A DNA stretch of 64,000 nucleotides, from assembly GCF_044704955.1 (NCBI RefSeq), contig NC_091993.1, positions 3,844,001 to 3,908,000 on the forward strand. Reading direction: 5' to 3'. Positions 40,628 to 53,695 of the stretch are shown here, one piece after another. The DNA comes from Pristiophorus japonicus (lineage: Eukaryota). Below the pieces are notes generated by a model that was given only the letters and a program-made list of their open reading frames with translations, had not been told where the DNA came from and made no database searches. Position 1 is the stretch's first letter; each line of letters begins with the position of its first letter. The position numbers and the translations under genes are program-made.

Positions 40628-41863
40628 TGTTTTATATCCTTATTGTCGTTATAGCGGTACTGTTGCTATATCGATACTGTTGTTAAATACTTAATCATTT
40701 TAACAGTACTGTCGTTATATTGGTACTGTAGTTATTTAGCTAATATCGTTATATCGGTGCTGTTGCTATACCGGTATTGTCATTATATCCGAACTGTCGT
40801 TATATCGGTACAGTCCCTATATCGGTTATGTCTAATGTATTTACTGTCATTATATCAGTAATGTCGTTATATGCTTACGGTTGTTAGATTGGTACTGTCG
40901 TTATATTGGTACTGCCGTTATTTCGGTTCTGTCATTATATCCTTACTGTCGTTATATTGATACTGTCGTTATAACAACACTACCAATATAACAACAGAAA
41001 GTATATATCGGTACCGTCGTTATAGCGGTACTATCGTTATTTCCTAACTGTCGCTCTATCCGTACTGTCTCTATATCCTTACTGTCGTTATATCGGTAAT
41101 GTTTTATATCCTTACTGTGGTTATAGCAGTACTGTCGCCATGTCGATACTGTTGCTATTTAGTTAATGTCGTTATATCGGTGCTGTCGTTATGTATTTAC
41201 ATTCATTATATCGGTACTGTCGTTATATCCTTACTGTTTTATCGCTAATGTCGCTATATCAATACTGTCGTTATATCCGAACTGTCACTAGATCGGTAAT
41301 GTAGTTATGTACTTAATGTTGTTATATCAGTACTGTCATTATATCCTTCCTGTCCTTATAACGGTACTGTCGTTATATACTTACTGTTGTTATATTGGCA
41401 GTGTTGTTATATCGGTACCATCGTTATATCCGTACTCGATACAGGTTGAGCATCCCAAATCCGGAAACCTCGGGACCGAAGCCGAGCCAGTTTTCATGTT
41501 TTACCGGACTTCGGAACGTGTTTCTGATGTCCAAAGTCCGGAAACACCCAAGCCCAGGTTCGGGTATTTCCGGATTTCGGAACGCCAGAAGCGCGTCCCG
41601 AGTCCGGAAATGCCTGGGCCTAGGTTGTTATATTTCCGGTTTTTGGGCGTCATCTTATAATTCTTCCCGCAGGCTTGGTAGTACTCGCTTTTTCGCAACG
41701 CATGGTAAGCCTCCCTCGCGTGTTCTTGCAACGCAGTCCTCTGTAACTGTACTTAATGTGAGCTTCCCAGTCTGTATCGTTTCCAACCATCTTCAAATTT
41801 GAAAAGGAATGTACTGTACTTAAACCATGAAATATAATGGTTTTATTTGTAAATGTTAAGTTA

Positions 41864-43290
41864 AGAAAACAGGGAATTATAGACCGGTCAGCCTGACCTC
41901 AGTAGTGGGTAAAGTGATGGAATCAATTATTAAGGATGTCATAGCAGTGCATCTGGAAAATGGTGACATGATAGGTCCAAGTCAGCATGGATTTGTGAAA
42001 GGGAAATCATGCTTGACAAATCTTCTGGAATTTTTTGAGGATGTTTCCAGTAAAGTGGACAAGGGAGAACCAGTTGATGTGGTATATTTGGACTTTCAGA
42101 AGGCTTTCGACAAGGTCCCACACAAGAGATTAATGTGCAAAGTTAAAGCACATGGGATTGGGGGTAGTGTGCTGACGTGGATTGAGAACTGGTTGTCAGA
42201 CAGGAAGCAAAGAGTAGGAGTAAACGGGTACTTTTCAGAATGGCAGGCAGTGACTAGTGGAGTGCCGCAAGGTTCTGTGCTGGGGCCCCAGCTGTTTACA
42301 TTGTACATTAATGATTTAGACGAGGGGATTAAATGCAGTATCTCCAAATTTGCGGATGATACTAAGTTGGGTGGCAGTGTGAGCTGCGAGGAGGATGCTA
42401 TTAGGCTGCAGAGTGACTTGGATAGGTTAGGTGAGTGGGCAAATGCATGGCAGATGAAGTATAATGTGGATAAATGTGAGGTTATCCACTTTGGTGGTAA
42501 AAACAGAGAGACAGACTATTATCTGAATGGTGACAGATTAGGAAAAGGGAAGGTGCAACGAGACCTGGGTGTCATGGTACATCAGTCATTGAAGGTTGGC
42601 ATGCAGGTACAGCAGGCGGTTAAGAAAGCAAATGGCATGTTGGCCTTCATAGCGAGGGGATTTGAATACAGGGGCAGGGAGGTGTTGCTACAGTTGTACA
42701 GGGCCTTGGTGAGGCCACACCTGGAGTATTGTGTACAGTTTTGGTCTCCTAACTTGAGGAAGGACATTCTTGCTATTGAGGGAGTGCAGCGAAGGTTCAC
42801 CAGACTGATTCCCGGGATGGCGGGACTGACCTATCAAGAAAGATTGGATCAATTGGGATTGTATTCACTGGAGTTCAGAAGAATGAGAGGGGACCTCATA
42901 GAAACGTTTAAAATTCTGACGGGTTTAGACAGGTTAGATGCAGAAAGAATGTTCCCAATGTTGGGGAAGTCCAGAACCAGGGGTCACAGTCTGAGGATAA
43001 GGGGTAAGCCATTTAGGACCGAGATGAGGAGAAACTTCTTCACCCAGAGAGTGGTGAACCTGTGGAATTCTCTACCACAGAAAGTAGTTGAGGCCAATTC
43101 ACTAAATATATTCAAAAGGGAGTTAGATGAAGTCCTTACTACTCGGGGGATCAAGGGTTATGGCGAGAAAGCAGGAAGGGGGTACTGAAGTTTCATGTTC
43201 AGCCATGAACTCATTGAATGGCGGTGCAGGCTAGAAGGGCTGAATGGCCTGCTCCTGCACCTATTTTCTATGTTTCTATGTTTCTATGTT
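41864..43290 (+). mobile_element. young CR1 LINE, 5'-truncated, nested in Tigger
   Basis: Open RT ORF 41905..43188, near-identical to the 26000 and 50865 copies; TTTCTATG tail. Confidence 0.95.
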
Positions 43291-43547
43291 ATGAAATCTA
43301 AAACAGTAAATAAAGGCTTTTATTTGTTAAGCAGAGCAAAAATAAACAGGTACAGTTACAATTGGCTGGAGGTTATGCTTGGGTTAGAGGGCTCAGCTAT
43401 AACGTCTGAGGCTAATGAAGGGCCAGCAATAGGATTATCAAATGTGGAAATTACTGGTGTAGTTGCAGGCTGTAGGTTTTGGGCCTTCTGTTGCGACATC
43501 TTTTGAAAGATATTTAATATTGTTGTTTGTTTAAATAATTTGGGCTT

Positions 43548-45179
43548 TTATTTCACCAATCTTTCCCAAATTCTGTAGACCTGCAGTATTTCTTCTTCAC
43601 TTATGAAACTTCGTTGCTCTAAGGCGTGAATTAATTCTTGACAAAGATTGATTGCTTTGTTAATCGGCACTTTTTCGACTTGATCACAGGCATCATCATC
43701 CTCCTCACTGCTTGCATCCTTTTCTTCTGGATGCAAAACCCTCTGCATTATTTCTTCATCTGTCACTGCAAGCACAATGGGAGCATCGTTGTCTATGTCC
43801 ATGACTTCTGCGACATCGTCCTCATTCAATTCCTGCACAGCTTCGCAAGTCAGCCCTCTTGCATAATCTCAAAGTTGAGCAATTATTGCTTTCTCCCTGG
43901 ACACACGAAAACTTTGAAAGTCCTGAGGAGCATCATCAGCATCGTCAGCAAACATCGTTGCTGGCCAGATGTTATACCAGCATTGACCAAGGTGTCTGCA
44001 GTTACCAAGTTCCACGCATCCGCAGCTGCTCATATGGCATCCTTGATAGAGAAAGCTTTTGAGAATGCTTTTATTCCCATGCCTGTGTTCACAGCATAAA
44101 GCAAACACTTCATGAACTCGTTTTTGTACAGACACTTCATCGATCTCAACATTCCTTGGTCCATTGGCTGTATCAGTGATGTAACATTTGGAGGTAAGTA
44201 GATTCCATGGACATTATCCTTTACCAGAAGCTCAGTATCAGGATGCGCTGAGCAATTGTCTAGCAGCCAGTATACTCTGCAGTTTTCCTCAAGGCCAGCT
44301 TCCGTGCAATGAGCTCGCGGCTGAGAGACAAAATTCTTCTCAAACCAGTTCAGAAAGATTAGACTGGTTACCCATGCTTTCTTATTGGCACAATAATGCA
44401 CTGGCAATACTCTCAAACCCTTGAAACATCTTGGATGCTGGCTTCTCCCAATGACTCTAAGCTTACACTTATGTGTCCCAGCCACATTTGCAGCAGCAAG
44501 CACAGTCGACCTTTCCTTGGCATCTTTGATACCTGCTGGCTCCGTTTCTTCTGCTGCTGCTAATGTTTTTCGCGGTACATAGGGCCAAAACAGTGCTGTC
44601 TCATCGGCATTGTACACTTCTCAGGTGAAAGGTTTTCATCAGCAATTAGTTTGATGAACTCATCAATATAATTTTCAGCTGCCTCATGATCGCTGAGGCT
44701 TTCTCACCACATACTTTCAGTTGCCTGATACCATGACACCTTTTAAATTTGGCTAGCCAACCAGAAGAGTACTTGCATGGCGTTTCGATCCCCAGTTGTG
44801 CATGGAATATTTTAGCTTGTTGCTCCACCATTGGGCCAGACAAAGGAACCTTTTCACTTCGCCTCTGTCGTCACCACTCCATCACTGCTCGATCCAAATC
44901 ATCACACTTCGACTTGTACATACTTTTTCTCTTACTCATTTCCTTATGAACATCACTTTCCACATAAAACTTCTTGAGCTGTTCTTTCTGTTTTCTAATA
45001 TCATAGATGGTGGAGAGTCCAACAGCATACGCCTCACTCAATCTTCTCACTGAAGCACCTCTATCTAATCTCTGAAGTAACTCTACTTTCTTGGCAATTG
45101 TAAGTGAACTACGCTTCCTCTTTCCTTTATCTGAACCCATTGGGGTACAGCTACCTGTGTCTGTTGGCCTTTTTGACAT
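43548..45179 (-). pseudogene. Tigger/pogo transposase (HTH + DDD), frameshifted
   Basis: KRKRSSLTIAKK..STIYDIRK, SSGWLAKFKRCHGI, YNADETALFW, LLDNCSAHP and LPPNVTSLIQPMDQG motifs. Confidence 0.9.
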
Positions 45180-45611
45180 GTTTGCAATGACAACACAAAT
45201 TCACAATCTTTTCCTGTTCAGATCTTTACATCGGGGAAAACACCACAGCGATGGAGTCAGGTTGGGTGGGGTCTGATCATGGATGGGATGTAGGTGGGTC
45301 AGCTGGGGCAGCCCTATAATGTTTAATGCCACTAATCTTTTTTATAAAATGCTGAATTTAAAAGTGCATGTACAGTACGGGTGCAGGTAGTATTTTTTAT
45401 TACAGGTACATGTACAGGTGTGCAAACTTAAAATTGCAATCTGGTCGGGTGAGGTCGGGTCAGCTCCGCTCAGAGTCATGGGGCGTGGCGATCCGATTGC
45501 GCAGTTGCTGCTTTGGGGAGCTGCAGTGTGCTGTGCAGAGTTTGATTCTGGCCGGGGACTTGCGCTCGAGAGGGGACTTGTGCACGGAAACTTGGTTAGG
45601 TCTGGCCAAAG

Positions 45612-46125
45612 GACTTGTGTGCTGTGCAGAGTTTGATTCTGGCCGAAGGGGCTTGTGTGCTGTGCAGAGTTTGATTCTGGCCGAAGAGACTTGTGTGCTG
45701 TGCAGAGTTTGATTCTGGCCGAAGGGGCTTGTGTGCTGTGCAGAGTTTGATTCTGGCCGAAGGGGCTTGTGTGCTGTGCAGAGTTTGATTCTGGCCGAAG
45801 GGGCTTGTGTGCTGTGCAGAGTTTGATTCTGGTCGAAGGGACTTGTGTGCTGTGCAGAGTTTGATTCTGGCCAAAGGACTTGTGTGCTGTGCAGAGTTTG
45901 ATTCTGGCCGAAGGGACTTGTGTGCTGTGCAGAGTTTGATTCTGGCCGAAGAGACTTGTGTGCTGTGCAGAGTTTGATTCTGGCCGAAGGGACTTGTGTG
46001 CTGTGCAGAGTTTGATTCTGGCCGAAGAGACTTGTGTGCTGTGCAGAGTTTGATTCTGGCCGAAGGGGCTTGTGTGCTGTGCAGAGTTTGATTCTGGCCG
46101 AAGGGGCTTGTGTGCTGTGCAGAGT
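45612..46125 (+). repeat. 38-bp minisatellite (~13-14 copies) inside Tigger
   Basis: Tandem GG(G/A)CTTGTGTGCTGTGCAGAGTTTGATTCTGGCCGAA(G); a partial unit at ~45527. Confidence 0.95.
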
Positions 46126-46873
46126 TGCTGCGGACCCAGGAGCAGCGGTGCGGTGACTGTGAAGACCTGGCCTGGAACAGGTTGGATTGGTATTTTTATT
46201 CTTGCAATTTCAGTCACTGTCCAGTAAGTAGTTGGATTTCATTTTTTGACTTTTCACTGGACCCGGCTGGTGGCAGAAACGGTTTGACAGGGTGTCCGGA
46301 TTCCGGAACATTTTATGGATTCCGGATGACCCTGCCACCAATCGGTCCAGAGTCCGGATTCCAGAACATTCCGGATTCCGGAACTCCGGATTTTGGACGC
46401 TCAATCTGTACTGTCGTTATGTCGGTACTGTCCTTATATCGGGACTGTCGTTATATCGGTGCAGTCGGTATATCGGTACTATCGCAATATCGGTAATGTT
46501 GTTGTCTACTTACTGTTGTTGTATCGATACTGCTGTTATATCGGTACTGTCGTTATTTATTAACTGTCGTTATATTGGTACTCTCGTTATATCCTTACTA
46601 TCGTTATATCGGTACTGTCGCAATATCGGTAATGTTGTTGTATACTTACTGTCATTATATCGGTACTGTTGTTATATCGGTACTATCATTATTTCCTAAC
46701 TGTCGTTATATCAGTACTATTGTTATATAGTTAACGTTGTTATATCGGTACTGTCACTATATCGGTACTGTCGTTATGTACTTATTGTCGTTATATCAGT
46801 ACTGTCTTTATATCCTTACTGTCGTTATATCGGTACTGTTGTTATATCCTTACTTTCGTTATATTGGTACTTA

Positions 46874-49090
46874 TGGGATTGAACCTCCACTTTTTTTGCA
46901 TGCTTAACGCCCACTTAACGCCCATTTTACAGCTGAAATTACGTTTAATGCACATAAAGCGCCCATTTTGGCACAAAATGGAAACTGATGGGCAATTTTC
47001 GGAAACTTATCACTGAGCGTTACTTTCCCCATGGGCTTAATGCCGAGAAAAAATATTACCGGCCGCCCACTTTTTTTGGGCGGAATCAGCAGAATGGGTG
47101 AATTCAACGGCCATAATATCGCCCAGCGTTACTTTTCACTCGGATTTAACGCCGAGATTCAATATTAACCCCCGCCCACTTTTTTTTGTCGTAAAGAGCA
47201 CATTTACCCAAACTAGCGGCCATGGAGTTCACCCATCGTCAATTTCACCACCTCGCACACATATCGCCCACAATATCGCTCGCCCAAAAAACTGCCCAGA
47301 AAAAGTGGAACTATCCGGGACGAATCACAGCGTTATGGACGCCATGTTCTAGATCACATGTCACGTCCTTGAAAAGGCTGCTGTGCTTCACCCTCGGGGG
47401 AGTTCGGATGTACTCTGCGGGTCGTTGGAGTTGATGTGAACATCTGTAAAAACATCTTGACCATACTGTGACCGTTTGGAATTGAAGAGGTGTGTTTGTC
47501 GGGACATTCCTTGTTTGTGAGCAATCGGTGGAAAACAGAGAGCTACTGCAATGGGGCCTGTCCTTTCTCACCCTCTCTTGCTGACCAATTACATGCAGCA
47601 GACTCGACATCACCGAAGGAACACTCCACTGCATTCTGTGCCCAATGTAAGACATGACAGACAGATGAGGAGGACCAGACGTTACACCCCCCGCAAGTAC
47701 AAGGAGAAGCATTCTTACCTCGACTTGCCCAACATCACCTGCCTTCAGAGACTGCGCTTCCACAAAGAGGTTATCACTGAGGTATGCCAGCTGATAAGGG
47801 CAGATCTGCAGCCTGCCAGCACCATCAGTACTGCACTGTCCATCAACGTCACCGCGGCACTGTCGTTCTATGCCTCGGGTTCTTTGGAGGCCACAGCTGG
47901 AGACATTTGTGGACTTTCTCAGCATGCCACGCAGCGCTGCATTAGATAGGTCCTGTACGCACACAGGAGGGACTTGATCAGCTTCCCTATGACCAGGGAG
48001 GCACAGAGTGAGAGGGCTCTAGGATTCTCCACAGTTGCAAACTTCCCCAAGGTGCAGGGAGCAATAGACAGCATGCATATCGCGATGCAGGCACCTTTTC
48101 AGGATGCTGAGGTTTTCAGGAACTGCAAGGGATTCCACTCCCTGAATGTCCAACTGATTGTCGGCCACAACCAAAATTATACTGGCAGTGAATGTTCAAT
48201 TTCCGGGCAGCATCCATGATGCTCATATCCTGCGTGAGAGCACTGTAGATGACTTATTTAACAATTAGCCACAAGGTCAATGTTGGATGCTTGGTGACAA
48301 AGGATATGGCCTCGCTGCCTGGCTGATGACCCCCCTGCGTGACACCCACACCAAAGCCGAGAGGCAATACAATGAGAGCCACATAGCAACTCGCAATATC
48401 GTGAGAAATCCATTGGACTGCTGAAGTAGTGCTTTAGATGCCTGGACCACTCAGGAGGTGAGCTCCAATACCACCCTGAGAAGGTAGCTAAATTCATGGT
48501 GGTGTGCTCCATGCTGCACAACTTGGCTATCAGGAGGGGACAAGAATTGTCTGATGAGTCTGACAGTCCACCTCACCAGAAAGAGGAAGAGGAAGAGGAG
48601 GATGAGGAGGCAGACACTGACGTCGGCCCAGACAATCAGGCTGACACTGAAGTCATGCCCCCGCCCCCCTGTAGACTGCATGAAAGGGCCCACGGTGGCA
48701 TGATATTTGCAAGAGCCTTACGTCAGGAGCCCATCAATGATCGCTTTGCCTGAAATAACGTTGGTGTTATTCATACATCAATGGTGAGCATCACCTTGGT
48801 GAAAGTTAAAGTTTAAGTTGATTGAAGTTAAGTGTGATTATACCCTTTGATGTAAAGGAATCACCAGCGTGTAATGGTACAGCTATCTGAACCAATGTGC
48901 AACTAGGTTTTGTGAAATAAAAAACATTTAAACCGAACATTAGTCTGAAATCATCAGTATTTCTGTACAAACCAACATTTTCTTCCCTGCCACCCCCACC
49001 TCCCCCCCCCCCCCCACCCACATTTCTCCTCCCCACCTCCACCCCTTCCCCTTCCCCTTCTGACTCCAGGCCACCTGGCCAAGGATGTAC
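46874..49090 (+). mobile_element. PIF/Harbinger family 1, copy 2, right arm missing
   Basis: Colinear with 2637-3188 plus 5875-7520; disrupted transposase at 47551-48753; no right TIR. Confidence 0.9.
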
Positions 49091-49279
49091 AAATTTAACA
49101 ACAGTAAGCATATAATGACAGTACCGATATAATGACAGTAAGGATATAACAACATTACCGATATAATGATAGTAAGGATATAACGACAGCACTGATATAA
49201 CGGCATTATGGATAACGACAGTACTGATATAACCGACAGTAAGGATATAACGACAGTAGCGATATAACAACAGTACGGA

Positions 49280-52200
49280 TAGAGGAGGGCAAGAAAAAGA
49301 GTGGGACAGCAATAGTGATAGGGGATTCAATGGTGAGGGGAATAGATAGGCGTTTCTGCGGCCGCGACCGAAACTCCAGGATGGTATGTTGCCTCCCTGG
49401 TGCAAGGGTCAAGGATGTCTCGGAGCGGGTGCAGGACATTCTGAAATGGGAGGGAGAACAGCCAGTTGTCGTGGTGCACATTGGTACCAACGACATAGGT
49501 AAAAAAAGGGATGAGGTCCTTCGAAACGAATTTAAGGAGCTAGGAGCTAAATTAAAAAGTAGGACCTCAAAAGTAGTAATCTCGGGATTGCTACCAGTGC
49601 CACGTGATAGTCAGAGTAGGAATCGCAGGATAGCGCAGATGAATACGTGGCTTGAGCAGTGGTGCAGCAGGGAGAGATTCAAATTCCTGGGGCATTGGGA
49701 CCGGTTCTGGGGGAGATGGGACCAGTACAAACCGGATGGTCTGCACCTGGGCAGGACCGGAACCAATGTCCTAGGGGGAGTGTTTGCGAGTGCTGTTGGG
49801 GAGGATTTAAACTAATATGGCAGGGGGATGGGAACCAATGCAGGGAGACAGAGGGAAACAAAAAGGAGGCAAAAGCAAAAGACAGAAAGGAGATGAGGAA
49901 AAGTGGAGGGCAGAGAAACCCAAGGCAAAGAACAAAAAGGGCCACTGTACAGCAAAATTCTAAAAGGACAAAGGGTGTTAAAAAAACAAGCCTGAAGGCT
50001 TTGTGTCTTAATGCAAGGAGTATCCGCAATAAGGTGGATGAATTAATTGTGCAAATAGATGTTAACAAATATGATGTGATTGGGATTACGGAGACGTGGC
50101 TCCAGGATGATCAGGGCTGGGAATTCAACATTCAGGAAGGATAGAATAAAAGGAAAAGGAGGTGGGGTAGCATTGCTGGTTAAAGAGGAGATTAATGCAA
50201 TAGCTAGGAAAGACATTAGCTTGGATGATGTGGAATCTATATGGGTCGAGCTGCAGAACACCAAAGGGCAAAAAACGTTAGTAGGAGTTGTGTACAGACC
50301 TCCAAACAGTAATAGGGATGTTGGGGAGGGCATCAAACAGGAAATTAGGGGTGCATGCAATAAAGGTGTAGCAGTTATAATGGGTGACTTTAATATGCAC
50401 ATAGATTGGGCTAGCCAAACTGGAAGCAATACGGTGGAGGAGGATTTCCTGGAGTGCATAAGGGATGGTTTTCTAGACCAATATGTTGAGGAACCAACTA
50501 GGGGGGAGGCCATCTTAGACTGGGTGTTGTGTAATGAGAGAGGATTAATTAGCAATCTCATTGTGCGAGGCCCCTTGGGGAAGAGTGACCATAATATGGT
50601 GGAATTCTGCATTAGGATGGAGAATGAAACAGTAAATTCAGAGACCATGGTCCAGAACTTAAAGAAGGGTAACTTTGAAGGTATGAGGCGTGAATTGGCT
50701 AGGATAGATTGGCGAATGATACTTAGGGGGTTGACTGTGGATGGGCAATGGCAGACATTTAGAGACTGCATGGATGAATTACAACAATTGTACATTCCTG
50801 TCTGGCGTAAAAATAAAAAAGGGAAGGTGGCTCAACCGTGGCTATCTAGGGAAATCAGGATAGTATGAAAGCCAAGGAAGTGGCATACAAATTGGCCAGA
50901 AATAGCAGCGAACCTGGGGACTGGGAGAAATTTAGAACTCAGCAGAGGAGGACAAAGGGTTTGATTAGGGCAGGGAAAATGGAGTACGAGAAGAAGCTTG
51001 CAGGGAACATTAAGGCGGATTGCAAAAGTTTCTATAGGTATGTAAAGAGAAAAAGGTTAGTAAAGACAAACGTAGATCCCCTGCAGTCAGAATCAGCGGA
51101 AGTCATAACGGGGAACAAAGAAATGGCAGACCAATTGAACAAGTACTTTGGTTCGGTATTCACTAAGGAGGATACAAACAACCTTCCGGATATAAAAGGG
51201 GTCAGAGGTTCTAGTAAGGAGGGGGAACTGAGGGAAATCTTTATTCGTCGGGAAATTGTGTTGGGGAAATTGATGGGATTGAAGGCCGATAAATCCCCAG
51301 GGCCTGATGGACTGCATCCCAGAGTACTTAAGGAGGTGGCCTTGGAAATAGCGGATGCATTGACAGTCATTTTCCAACATTCCATTGACTCTGGATCAGT
51401 TCCTATGGAGTGGAGGGTAGCCAATGTAACCCCACTTTTTAAAAAAGGAGGGAGAGAGAAAACAGGGAATTATAGACCGGTCAGTCTGACCTCAGTAGTG
51501 GGTAAAATTATGGAATCAATTATTAAGGATATCATAGCAGTGCATCTGGAAAATGGTGACATGATAGGTCCAAGTCAGCATGGATTTGTGAAAGGGAAAT
51601 CATGCTTGACAAATCTTCTGGAATTTTTTGAGGATGTTTCCAGTAAAGTGGACAAAGGAGAACCAGTTGATGTGGTATATTTGGACTTTCAGAAGGCTTT
51701 CGACAAGGTCCAACACAAGAGATTAATGTGCAAAGTTAAAGCACATGGGATTGGGGGTAGTGTGCTGACGTGGATTGAGAACTGGTTGTCAGACAGGAAG
51801 CAAAGAGTAGGAGTAAACGGGTACTTTTCAGAATGGCAGGCAGTGACTAGTGGGGTGCCGCAAGGTTCTGTGCTGGGGCCCCAGCTGTTTACATTGTACA
51901 TTAATGATTTAGACGAGGGGATTAAATGCAGTATCTCCAAATTTGCGGATGACACTAAGTTGGGTGGCAGTGTGAGCTGCGAGGAGGATGCTATTAGGCT
52001 GCAGAGTGACTTGGATAGGTTAGGTGAGTGGGCAAATGCATGGCAGATGAAGTATAATGTGGATAAATGTGAGGTTATCCACTTTGGTGGTAAAAACAGA
52101 GAGACAGACTATTATCTGAATGGTGACAGATTAGGAAAAGGGAAGGTGCAACGAGACCTGGGTGTCATGGTACATCAGTCATTGAAGGTTAGCATGCAGG

Positions 52201-52880
52201 TACAGCAGGCGGTTAAGAAAGCAAATGGCATGTTGGCCTTCATAGCGAGGGGATTTGAGTACAGGGGCAGGGAGGTGTTACTACAGTTATACAGGGCCTT
52301 GGTGAGGCCACACCTGGAGTATTGTGTACAGTTTTGGTCTCCTAACTTGAGGAAGGACATTCTTGCTATTGAGGGAGTGCAGCGAAGATTCACCAGACTG
52401 ATTCCCGGGATGGCAGGACTGACCTATCAAGAAAGACTGGATCAACTGGGCTTGTATTCACTGGAGTTCAGAAGAATGAGAGGGGACCTCATGGAAACGT
52501 TTAAAATTCTGATGGGTTTAGACAGGTTAGATGCAGGAAGAATGTTCCCAATGTTGGGGAAGTCCAGAACCAGGGGTCACAGTCTGAGGATAAGGGGTAA
52601 GCCATTTAGGACCGAGATGAGGAGAAACTTCTTCACCCAGAGATTGGTGAACCTGTGGAATTCTCTACTACAGAAAGTTGTTGAGGCCAATTCACTCAAT
52701 ATATTCAAAAGGGAGTTAGATGAAGTCCTTACTACTTGGGGGATCAAGGGTTATGGCGAGAAAGCAGGAAGTGGGTACTGAAGTTTCATGTTCAGCCATG
52801 AACTCATTGAATGGCGGTGCAGGCTAGAAGAGCTGAATGGCCTGCTCCTGCACCTATTTTCTATGTTTCTATGTTTCTAT
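49280..52880 (+). mobile_element. near-full-length young CR1 LINE (ORF1 SGNH esterase, ORF2 EN+RT)
   Basis: ORF1 49315..49815 (IGDS, HIGTND, DGLHL); ORF2 in pieces at ~49970-50140, 50080..50868 and 50865..52781; TTTCTATG tail. Confidence 0.95.
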
Positions 52881-52889
52881 AACAGCAGT

Positions 52890-53450
52890 CATCATCATCA
52901 TAGGCTGAGGATGACTTGCTTCCACGTCAAAAAGGGATGAGTTCACAATGAAGGAACTAATATTCCGGATCCTGAACTACATCTTGAAGGGTGGAAGATG
53001 CCTGTGCGTGGATTTTTTTAACGTGTGGTGGCCGTTGCACACCAGCCACCACACGAGCTTGACAGAGCTTGGTCTTCTTCCAGTGGCAAAGATTAACCAA
53101 GATGACTGGAGACCAGCTCTGCAGCACGGAACTAGTGCACACACATATCGCAGTGTGGGCTGGCCCGTGCTGCCCCTGGGCCCTCTCTTCTTCTCGGCCT
53201 CGATCGCATCCCTCTATGAAATCATGCTGCTCCTTTGCCCTGACCTCGCCACTCCTGCTGTACCTGCCCGCACTGCAATCAACCGTTGCGCTCCTGCAGC
53301 AGTATGCGCTGCTCCCTGCAGTGGTATGCTGTCGTACGTTACTCCCTCTAATAGCCCCGGCCTGCTGATAGCCTTGCAGGCTGGGACCACACCGATTTCT
53401 GGGCCGGGCTGCCACACGCTGCTCTCACTAATGGCCCCAGCTTGCTGATG
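52890..53450 (-). mobile_element. short RTE derivative with (ATG)n tail, co-oriented with and adjoining the MHC retrocopy 3' region
   Basis: 52890-53270 is homologous to the other RTE derivatives; tail ATCATCATCATAGGC on +. The 5' boundary is uncertain (53270-53460). Confidence 0.75.
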
Positions 53451-53695
53451 ACATCCCAAAGTATGTGCAGTATAAACAGATCAAATCTCATATCACCAGG
53501 CTCCCAATACAGAAAACACACACGTTTAATAACCGATAACATCCACCGTTACAGTTAACCAGGGTCACCAAGGCAGAGCCATCAGTCAATCTCTATCACC
53601 GCGATGAAAAGCCACCCTCCCCGATTCTTTCTCCAACTCCTCCCGCTGACTGTGGACTGACGTCCTTGGAGTATCAGCGGGACACGGGATGGCAC

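Larger units (their letters stand above)
41442..46408 (-). mobile_element. Tigger/pogo DNA transposon
   Basis: TIRs CAGGTTGAGCATCCCAAATCCGGA / TCCGGATTTTGGACGCTCAATCTG with TA TSD; transposase remnants on the minus strand. Confidence 0.92.
670..46873 (+). repeat. 17-bp satellite (TACTGTCGTTATATCGG / TACTGTCGTTATATCCT), orientation A, fragmented by TE insertions
   Basis: Degenerate tandem 17-mers in blocks at ~670-1687, 2200-2636, 8213-8942, 9685-10045, 14112-14666, 15333-18487, 19128-19640, 19885-20735, 22146-22270, 32762-33107, 35342-36415, 40628-41441 and 46409-46873. Confidence 0.95.

Noticed and set aside
45342-46217. 291-aa repetitive ORF, and CRISPR-like or RSS-like appearance of the 38-bp repeat
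   Set aside because: Head-to-tail minisatellite with no unique spacers or cas genes. CACAGCA is not followed by a properly spaced nonamer.
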